A stretch of DNA of 35,851 nucleotides from Oscillospiraceae bacterium (lineage in GTDB: Bacteria; Bacillota; Clostridia; UMGS1883), in NCBI GenBank assembly GCA_015069065.1, contig SVJI01000002.1, forward strand, positions 1 to 35,851, written 5' to 3'. The notes under the pieces were generated by a model. It was not told the DNA's origin, made no database searches, and saw only the letters and a list, made by a program, of their open reading frames with translations. Positions 15,479 to 24,200 of the stretch are shown here, piece after piece. Made by a program: the position numbers and the translations under genes. The stretch's first letter is position 1. The number at the start of each line of letters is the position of its first letter.

Positions 15479-18400
15479 TTACTTAAGATAAGCTGCAAGA
15501 CCTGCCAAAGCTGTATTATTCTGTATCTCCTCTACAACCATAGAAGCAATTTTGCGTGCGCCAATAGTGTTAAGATGCGTATAATCTGTACCCTCTCTGC
15601 TGTAGCGGAAATATTTCATCGCCTCATTCTCACCGATTTGCGTTAACCACTGCGCAGTTTTTGCGTGCATATCAATTACGGGGACATCAAGCTCCGTTGC
15701 TATGTCCTTCATTGTTTTCGGGTAATCGCCCAGTGTGTCGGTAAACTTTCCATTTACATATTTCATTCTGTTGATTGATGTTATAAATACCGGGATTGCT
15801 TTTACCTCTTTTGCTTCCTCTACCATCTTTTCAAGATATTCCTTATATTCATCAATAGTAAGATCATCCTGGTCATTATGTCCGAACTGAATTAATACAT
15901 AATCGCCCTCTTTAAAGTTAGGCTTCATTCTCTGCCAGAGAAGATTATCTTCATAGAATGATTTTGTATTGCTGCCTGATAATGCGTGATTCTCAACAAC
16001 AGCCTTATTCATATCAAAATATTTTCCAAACTCTTCTCCCCAACCGCTTAATCGTGCTGTTTCAGGGTCTGATGCCTTCTTGTAATCATATCCGTAACTG
16101 TCCATAGTGGAGTCACCGCACATAAAAATTCTCTTTGCATCTGCCTTGCTTTCGTGCGGAATCACAAACGGTGTAAGTTTACCCATATCCCAGAGGAATG
16201 CCTTGATCTGTGCATCAGCATAATTTGCATCATCATACAACCATCTAAGGTCAGCCTTTACCGTACCAAGCTCATTTGCAACACTATAAGGTTTTGCATA
16301 AAGGAGCTTTTCGCCTTCAAATGCACCAACAATGAGCTTTGCATTTTCAGAGAGGCGTGCTGAATTTACATTTACAACCGCCTCGTTTGTAACCTTTGAC
16401 AGGCTTTCAATTTTAGCGGCATCTTTAGCGCCTACAGAAACCTTGTAATTTCTTGTCAGCGTATCGCCGTTTTTTGAGAAGGTTGCGCTCATAATAGCAA
16501 CATCTGCGTTTTCTGTTGCAATCTTGCCTGCATCGGTAATAACAGAGGTGTCGCTTGATTTCCACACTACCGATATACCATCACCTACTGCAGAGGGCAG
16601 GGCTACATCGGCATATAACATTTCTTCAAACAGTGCAACTCCGTCTGCTGCGCTCTGAAGGGCAAGCTCGTTTTCGGTCACTGCCTTAACCTCGATATTA
16701 TCAAACAAGAATTCCGCACCGCTTCCCATAGCAGTTCTGTTTGGATGAATTTGTAACTGATACGGAGTAGGTGCAGTAGCAGCACCCGCCAAATCAGCAA
16801 ACTTCATACCATCAACATAAAGCTTAACCGTAGCATTTGCGGTAAGAGGGGTGTATATTTCAAAATCATACCATTTGTCTGCAACGCCGCCCTCTGTTGG
16901 ATACTCTCGGTTATCAAAAGCCATATCAGGTGCAACAAATACGGTTCTCAAAGTTCCTCCTGTCTTAATACGACCCTGATCCATATAAACCGTTATCGTT
17001 TCATCATTATTTCCGTCAAGAATTACCTCAAAATACTTTGCAGTATCAGTTCCGCTTTTCAGGCTGAACTTAACACTAATTCCTTTTGGTGCTGTGGAAG
17101 TATTAAATGTTCTTCCAAATTTTTTAACGAGTCCTGTGTCCACGGAATTACTACTTTCTGCAGCTTTATAATACCTTCCTGCATGATTTCCGTTAGCCTC
17201 TTCTACAAGTTCCTCACTTGTTTCATAGTAGCTCAAATCAGTAGCTAATGTGTCTTTCCATGTATTTGTCCAGTTATTTAAGCCTGCAATACCTTCGCTG
17301 CGCTTTTCTGCAAAATTACCTTCAAAATTTTCTGCAACATATACGTTTTGCGGTGCCACTCTTACCGGAATATCAAATGGTGCACCTGCGATTGTCGCAG
17401 TAATTGTTTCATTGGTTATATCTCCGTTTTCCTTGTGAGTTACCGTACATACTCCATTTTCTATTGAAAGAACATCTGAATTTTCACTGTATGTAATTTC
17501 CTCTCCATAGAGGCTTGTCGGCAATGTAAGGGTTGAGCTTGTAGGCTTTCCCGCAGTTTCATATGTTGAAACAATAGTTCCGGGAATGTATCCTTTAAGC
17601 TTTTCTGCAACAAATGCACCCTTCTCACTCTCTGCATATGAAGTAACCTTCAAATCATCAAGATAGAAGTTACCCTCTTTTGTTCCATCAATCAATGCAC
17701 CAGTTCTGCTTGTCGTTATTTCTATTTTCTTAAAGTCTGCCGGACTTGCGAAATTAGTTGTAGTAAGTTCAACACTTCCAATAAGATTTCCGTCTATATA
17801 AGCATAAAAAGTGTTGGAAATATAATCAAACATAAAGTTAAAATCATACCACTTCAAAGATGCAAGTGCTGTCCCTGACGATACTGAGCTTGAAAGGTAA
17901 TCACCAGAAATAAGAACCTTACGTGTGGCATCAAAAGCTTTCAGATAGATACTCATAGTACTCGTAGCGTTTTTACCGTTGACAGAGCGAATCTGAAATA
18001 CTTTTGCATTATCGTCAGCCATTATTCTGAAGCCTATTTCAAGCATTTTTGCATCTGCTGAAACAGCCAACGCCTTATTAATAGCATATTCTGCCGAGCT
18101 ATAGGTTGTATCTGCACCACTTCCTACAACCTTGCTCGCAGTACGTTGAAGCTTTGCAACCCTTTCAAAAGGCATTCTTGCACCTGAAGTATTATTCCAG
18201 ATTGCCGCCTCTGTTCCACCTGCAACTGTAAAGAAGCTATCTTTTGTATAGGGTATCGTTGTGCTGGAAATCATAACATTCTCTTTATTGATAACACCCC
18301 AACCGTTATAGCTGCTACCAAGGTCTGTGCCTATTTCTCCGTCAAAGGTTTCGCTAAGTACCACTGTACCAAGTGTCTGTGGTGCAGTAGTACCCTCTGC

Positions 18401-18484
18401 CTGTGTAGGCACCGTTATAATGCTGAGAAGCATTATTAGTGATAAGATTGTCGCTAAAGATTTACGACTTAAAGTTTTTGCCAT
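15479..18484 (-). CDS. Secreted multidomain carbohydrate esterase. Architecture: signal peptide, two [LamG-like jelly roll + small Ig-like domain] units, a beta-sandwich, and a C-terminal SGNH/GDSL hydrolase of the CE12 (rhamnogalacturonan acetylesterase-like) type.
   Basis: 1001 aa. Signal peptide MAKTLSRKSLATILSLIMLLSIITVPTQAEG. The C-terminal domain (aa ~785-1001) carries IFMCGDSTMDSY, SGWGEEF, ENHALSGSNTKSF, IQFGHNDQ and DYTHLN, which are SGNH blocks I, II, III and V in the CE12 pattern. No SLH domains. Confidence 0.9.
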   Translation of the reverse strand: MAKTLSRKSLATILSLIMLLSIITVPTQAEGTTAPQTLGTVVLSETFDGEIGTDLGSSYNGWGVINKENVMISSTTIPYTKDSFFTVAGGTEAAIWNNTSGARMPFERVAKLQRTASKVVGSGADTTYSSAEYAINKALAVSADAKMLEIGFRIMADDNAKVFQIRSVNGKNATSTMSIYLKAFDATRKVLISGDYLSSSVSSGTALASLKWYDFNFMFDYISNTFYAYIDGNLIGSVELTTTNFASPADFKKIEITTSRTGALIDGTKEGNFYLDDLKVTSYAESEKGAFVAEKLKGYIPGTIVSTYETAGKPTSSTLTLPTSLYGEEITYSENSDVLSIENGVCTVTHKENGDITNETITATIAGAPFDIPVRVAPQNVYVAENFEGNFAEKRSEGIAGLNNWTNTWKDTLATDLSYYETSEELVEEANGNHAGRYYKAAESSNSVDTGLVKKFGRTFNTSTAPKGISVKFSLKSGTDTAKYFEVILDGNNDETITVYMDQGRIKTGGTLRTVFVAPDMAFDNREYPTEGGVADKWYDFEIYTPLTANATVKLYVDGMKFADLAGAATAPTPYQLQIHPNRTAMGSGAEFLFDNIEVKAVTENELALQSAADGVALFEEMLYADVALPSAVGDGISVVWKSSDTSVITDAGKIATENADVAIMSATFSKNGDTLTRNYKVSVGAKDAAKIESLSKVTNEAVVNVNSARLSENAKLIVGAFEGEKLLYAKPYSVANELGTVKADLRWLYDDANYADAQIKAFLWDMGKLTPFVIPHESKADAKRIFMCGDSTMDSYGYDYKKASDPETARLSGWGEEFGKYFDMNKAVVENHALSGSNTKSFYEDNLLWQRMKPNFKEGDYVLIQFGHNDQDDLTIDEYKEYLEKMVEEAKEVKAIPVFITSINRMKYVNGKFTDTLGDYPKTMKDIATELDVPVIDMHAKTAQWLTQIGENEAMKYFRYSREGTDYTHLNTIGARKIASMVVEEIQNNTALAGLAAYLK

Positions 18485-18531
18485 TCTTATTCCTCCTCAA
18501 ATTTTAATTTATATATACTTTTAAATTAAAT

Positions 18532-21195
18532 TTATTCTGAATAATCCATTATGAATATTTCTGACGGTCTGCCGCCATAGCAGGCTACAATAACCTTTGC
18601 ATCAGGATTTCGTGAATATGTATAATTTACAAGCTCTGCATTGCTTATCACCGATACGGTCTTTTCTGCTTTACTGTAAAGAATACTCTTTGTCGATGAC
18701 AAGGAGAAGGAAACCTGCATTGTCTTATCCTCCAAATCACTCGACATACTGATTAAAAATTCATTTCCCTCTTTACCTAAAAGCACACCGTGGTATATAT
18801 TCATATCGGCGTAGAAATATCCTGCATAGGAGCCGAGCGAGGTCAGCCCGAAGGAGGTTCCCTCCCCGTAGTTTTTCTTCTCAACAGCAACTATTTCCGT
18901 CAGATTATTTGCCGCAAAGGTTATCATATCACCCTGCTTTAATCCGTCCGCAATACCCTCACGTATGGTAAAGCGTTCCGATACACTGCCGTTATAAATC
19001 ATTCTGACCTTTTCTACCCACTCACCATCATTGTTGAGCGTCTTGGTTACCTTATCAACCATAGCCATATGTGCCTTTTCAGATATAGCAGGCTCTCCCT
19101 CATATGTAATTACAAGGTCGGCAACCTTATATTCGCTCATATTGTAGCAGGCGATGTGGTAATACTGACCTGATGTGAAATATCCACGGGTAGTAAATCT
19201 ATAGATTTCCTCTGAATCCACCCCTGCTCTGGGAAGTATCAAAACCCTTGTTATATTTCCGTTCAATATAACTTCAGCATCTGTTACGCCAAAGGTTGAC
19301 GATCCGTATATCCATCTGCGTGCGTTATCACTGCCCGAGGTCATTGGTAAATCAAGTCGCAGACTATCTTCATCCTCTGCCTTTATACCATACCCGCTTG
19401 CAATCTTAACACCTGCCTTGGGACCGCTTTCTACCGTATCAATAGCGGTGACAATATTCTGCTCATTCATTTTGTATCTGACTACCTGCGCACATTTTCC
19501 GTTTTGTGCCGTAAGCTGGACTATTGCATCATCGCCGCTCTTAGGACGAAAACCGTCAATCACAATATTTTCATCACAGTCAAATATATCTATTTCACTG
19601 TTTATCGTGAGAAGCTTTAACTGTAATTTTTTATTGATTGTACCCTCAAGTCCTGCGGCAATTATATATCCGTATTTGAACTCATCGACATCATCTTCTT
19701 CAAAATGTACTATTTTTCCGTAGGCATCTATATAGAATTTTCCTGCACTGCCTAACATAATCGCATCTGATTCTTCGGCTATCTGTGCTGAAAGGGTGTA
19801 TTCATTTTCGCCTATTCCAACCTTGTTTTCATCGGTAATCCATTCAATTTTACCGTTTATGCTATCACGGCTTATAACAATCTCTATATGCTCATAACCA
19901 TTTACAGTAAGGCTTTTAAATACGGACAAAATATCCATATTTCCTATTGCGGCAAGGTTAACCTTCTTATCCTCCATAATGATTTTAACTGTACGCTTTG
20001 AATTTTCCTCAATGTCAAGCATCTGATTGTCGCCATATTTTACAAACACTTTCTGCGTTGCCTTGTCTATACTGTCTGCCACCATAACCTCATACGACCA
20101 AATCATTACCACATCTGATGCTTTATCTGTATCATTATCAATAAAGGTTACGTAACCCTCGCCTGTTAAAAGCTCAGGCTTGAAGCTTCCGGTAGAAACG
20201 CCGTTATAAAGGTAGTCTGCATAGTGCGAAACATTTATCTGCTGCGTTTTTCCGTCCTTATCCGTATAGCTGAATTTTTCACCATCGGAATTAAAACTGC
20301 CCGGGATAATATCTGCAATATCAACGCTTTCTACATCGTTATATCGCATGTCACAGTATGTATGAAGAAGTGTCCCCTCGCTGTCACAGTACCACGTTAC
20401 ACGATAGCCGAGGAAATCCTCTGCCGCCGTATCACCTGTTTGATAGAGCTTTTCGTTTATTTCCACCGTTCCCTCCGCACTTCTTGTCGCAGAAGAAAGT
20501 GAACTTACCGGAGTTTTGTTAACAACACCCCTGCCCTTCTTAATATTGTGATACTCAGATAGTATGGTTGCACCTTCTGCCACGGATATTTCCCACTCCT
20601 TAGAAGTACTTATCTGCATTTCTACCACATCAACCTCAAGGCAGTTGAATGCCATCTGAAGCGCCATGCCGTTTCGCAAAAGCATATTTTTTGGAACACT
20701 CACACCCTTTGTTATATCAAGTCTGCCTGCTAAAGCCAGATACCCCTCAGGATATCCACCCAGCTTTTCTGCCTGAAGGCGGTAACCCAATGCCAGCACG
20801 AGAATTTTTGCCGCCTGTTCAAAGGTGATGGGGTCATCGGGTCGGAAAGAGCCGTCTACACCGCTTATTAGACCTAACGAATATGCAGTATTTACAGCAT
20901 TTGCATAGCTGTGTCCTTCCTCAACATCAGTAAAAACCTGCGTGTTTGTCCATACGGTATCCTGATTAAGCATTCTTATTACGATATCTGTAAACTCGCC
21001 TCGTGACATTCGCTTGTTCACCAAATCATCACCTGAGTAGCTTTGTGCAAATCCCAGTGCGGCAAGCGTTTCTGCTGCCTCCGTATATTGCTGATAATCG
21101 GTTGCAGTAGAATTTTCTGTCGCTGCAAAAATTACACAGGTATTAAGAAGTATGAATACTGATACAAGTATTGCCGTTATTCTGTTTTTCATCAT
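18532..21195 (-). CDS. SLH-domain cell-surface protein (887 aa). About 700 residues have no domain I can recognise.
   Basis: Signal peptide (ITAILVSVFILLNTCVIFAA) followed by an N-terminal SLH triplet. The triplet includes FTDVEEGHSYANAVNTAYSLGLISGVDGSFRPDDPITFEQAAKILVLALGY and a GGYPEGY third repeat. GGAGG (21206-21202) abuts the first ATG (21201), so the ATG at 21195 or 21192 is the more likely start. Confidence 0.85.
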   Translation of the reverse strand: MMKNRITAILVSVFILLNTCVIFAATENSTATDYQQYTEAAETLAALGFAQSYSGDDLVNKRMSRGEFTDIVIRMLNQDTVWTNTQVFTDVEEGHSYANAVNTAYSLGLISGVDGSFRPDDPITFEQAAKILVLALGYRLQAEKLGGYPEGYLALAGRLDITKGVSVPKNMLLRNGMALQMAFNCLEVDVVEMQISTSKEWEISVAEGATILSEYHNIKKGRGVVNKTPVSSLSSATRSAEGTVEINEKLYQTGDTAAEDFLGYRVTWYCDSEGTLLHTYCDMRYNDVESVDIADIIPGSFNSDGEKFSYTDKDGKTQQINVSHYADYLYNGVSTGSFKPELLTGEGYVTFIDNDTDKASDVVMIWSYEVMVADSIDKATQKVFVKYGDNQMLDIEENSKRTVKIIMEDKKVNLAAIGNMDILSVFKSLTVNGYEHIEIVISRDSINGKIEWITDENKVGIGENEYTLSAQIAEESDAIMLGSAGKFYIDAYGKIVHFEEDDVDEFKYGYIIAAGLEGTINKKLQLKLLTINSEIDIFDCDENIVIDGFRPKSGDDAIVQLTAQNGKCAQVVRYKMNEQNIVTAIDTVESGPKAGVKIASGYGIKAEDEDSLRLDLPMTSGSDNARRWIYGSSTFGVTDAEVILNGNITRVLILPRAGVDSEEIYRFTTRGYFTSGQYYHIACYNMSEYKVADLVITYEGEPAISEKAHMAMVDKVTKTLNNDGEWVEKVRMIYNGSVSERFTIREGIADGLKQGDMITFAANNLTEIVAVEKKNYGEGTSFGLTSLGSYAGYFYADMNIYHGVLLGKEGNEFLISMSSDLEDKTMQVSFSLSSTKSILYSKAEKTVSVISNAELVNYTYSRNPDAKVIVACYGGRPSEIFIMDYSE

Positions 21196-21211
21196 ATTCA
21201 TCCTCCCTTTC

Positions 21212-24200
21212 TCACTGAACAGACGTAAGAGTCATCAGCATATGTATAATTTTTGCCGCCATTGCACGTGTTGCATACTCTTTCGGGGCAAAGCATCCGC
21301 TGCCGTCACCTGTCATAATTCCTGCAAGCTGCAGCACAGCTGCACTCTCTTTAGCATAATCGGGAATGCTGTGTGCATCAGTATAAATCGGCTCGCTTGC
21401 TTCCGGAAGTGCAATGGAGCATTTTTTTGCAATTCGTGTGCAGATAACTGCAATATCACTTCTTGTAATATTGCTTCCCACACCAAAGCTCTCAGCACTT
21501 ATTCCGTTTATAATTCCGTTTTGTACTGCGGCGCCGATATACGGAGCATACCATGCAGAGCTATCAACATCTGCAAAGCCCGATGTATCTTTTCCATTAA
21601 GTTTAAATGCGACAACCATCATTTTCACAAATTGCTCACGTGTTACTGTGTCATTGGGTGCAAACTTATTGTCTCCGACTCCATTGATTATCCCCTTGGC
21701 ACTCAGCGTATTTATACTCTCCTTTGCCCAAGGTACTGCATCCAAATCAGTAAAGGCTTCGCCCTTTTGCATCTGTATCGGCTCGGTAATTACGGGGCCT
21801 GAGACGCCGCCTCCGCCACCTCCACCGCCTCCGCCGCCGAGGTCATTGCCGCCATCTGTACCATCATCACTGCCATCTGTTTTGGACTGCTCTATATAAA
21901 GCTCTGTTGCTTTAGCAGCGAAAGTATCCTCAATTTGTTTGAGAGTAGTAAAAGTATAATCCTTTGCCAAAGCTTTATAAAGCAGGCTGTTATATGTTTC
22001 GTTAAGCTTTGAATAATCACCGCTCCAGTTAATTTGGAGCAGATCACTGCCGTTCTTCAGTGCATTTTCAAAGCCGTCCCAAAGGGCATCATTAACAGTT
22101 TTAATTATCTCTTTAACTCTGTTCTCATAAGCAACTTGTCTTTCAAGTGCACTGTAATATGCAGCTCTTAATTCATTGAGGTTATTAAAGGTTTTTCCTG
22201 CAATATCCTTTGTAACATCTACCTTTGATGAAAGGGTGTTGTACTCGCTAAGGTCAAGCTGCAGTACATCATTAATCGGTATACCTGCCGCAAGAAGCGG
22301 ATTTCCTGCAAGCATCGCTGCAAGCTCTTCCTTCGTAATGGTTTTTACTTTATCAAGTGCCGCCGTAATTAAATCTGCAGTAGAGATTTTAAACGGTACT
22401 GTTTTCCCATCACTTGCAATAATACTGTAGGCTACATTCTTTTCATAACTGCTTATATCAATCTGCATAGCGTACTGTCCATTGGCATCACTTTGCATCT
22501 GCAAAAGCTCACAAACAGCATCGTTTACATTAAGTGCAGTTATTGTTTCTGCCGTATAGCCATTTTTCAGCACTGCCGCTATTGCTGTACTTTGTGCATT
22601 TTGCGCTTTTCCAGTGATTTCAAGCTTATTTGTCTGATAATTTACAGATGCGTGTATTTTCTCTGTATCTGCTGCATTTTCTGTACGTAAGCCGTCTTTA
22701 TCAAAAGTATAAAGAGACGCATAGCTTTCCATATCAGCCCAGCTATCAATTATCATCAGGCGCAGAGTGTTACCCTTTTGCGCATTGGCACTCACAGTCA
22801 CAGTTTGCTCTGTCGTACTGTCCGGTAAAACCGTATATGGCTTTACCTCAATATGCTGCGTTTTTCCGCTTTGCTCTGTTTCAAGCAGTATAAGAAAGTT
22901 TTCACTTGTCCCTTCTTCATTTACCAATTTGAGCTCTGTCGTTATTTCTCCTGCCACCAAGCCGCTTTGCGTAATATCGCCTTTACTGCCCTCGTAGTCA
23001 GTGAAAAATCTGACTTCCTTAAAAAGCAATCTGCGTTTGCGTGTTTTAAAGCTGAAGTTTTCATCGGGGGCACTCTGCCCGTAAATATCCTTTATTCCCG
23101 AAACGTTTACAGTATAGCATGTGTTAAAGTTAAGCGGGGATGTCGTTGCTATCAATACTGTATCGGGATTTTGCACATCAAGTGAAACTGATTCAACGCT
23201 TGCATTTCCTATAGTAACATCCGCCGTTAAAAGAGATGCCGCATCAATTTTATGATTGAAAATCAGCTTGATTTTTTTATCTGTATCAAAATCCTGTGAA
23301 TCCTTTTTCGGCAAAGAATCTTCCATTTTAAGTGATTTAACCTTATCAACCGTTATATCATCCACTAAAAATTCCGAATTACTTCCCGCACCGCTACGGT
23401 GAGGGCCTATGCCGAATTTTTGAAGTCCGCCTGAAAAATTTGTTGGAAAGTCAATGTCTTTTCCCAAAAGCTCTCCGTTTTGATAAACGGACAATTTTTT
23501 GTTATCCATATCAAAGAACAAATCAAAAAAGTACCATTCATTGATTTCGGCAGGCGGATTATCACCACTATTTTCCCTGAAATTAACTGTGCTTCCTCCG
23601 CAGTTAATACGGCTTGAATCCATTACAAAGGTAATATCCCAATAAATTTCCTTGTGGTCAATCATCGATAGTCTTAGTATACTCGTGGAGGAATTCATCC
23701 TCTTTATCTTCATACCATACCTTATCACGCCTTTTGATTGTATCTCGGGGAGAGTTTTCTCAACAGTATAGTAAATTGAATTTGCACTACACGTGGTTCT
23801 GTACGCCTTTAAAACCTTATTTGCAGGATTTTCACTGTCTGAGGCAATTTTTATATAACTATCTCTGACATTAATGGTCTCTGTAGCGTTATTGTAGCCT
23901 CCGCTCCATTCCCGCCATCCTAAAACATCTGTACCGATTGTAGCTTCTGCACTGTTAAAATCCTCTGCAAAAATATTTTCACAGCCTTCTTTGGATACTA
24001 CAATCTTTTTTGCGAGTAGCTTTTCGATATTCTCATTAAATGCATCTTCAACCTCCTTGGGTTTTTTAAAGGTTTGCGATGCCATATTTGCGTAGAGCAT
24101 TTGCTTATCTGCCAAGTTAAGTAACGTAAAATCTGTACTCCAGTTTATAGCAATTACATCATCGCAAGATTTCAGTGTGTTTTCTATATCATCTTCTGCA

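Noticed and set aside
21152-21802. 216-aa Cys-rich plus-strand ORF.
   Set aside because: It is antisense to the SLH-coding end of the giant gene and spans the junction with the next gene. It has no RBS and no recognisable motifs, so it is a shadow ORF.
21414-21899. 161-aa plus-strand ORF containing a 12-residue poly-proline run.
   Set aside because: It is the antisense reading of the poly-Gly hinge and SLH region of the 1660-aa gene. It has no RBS and low-complexity composition, and the minus-strand frame has clear domain content.
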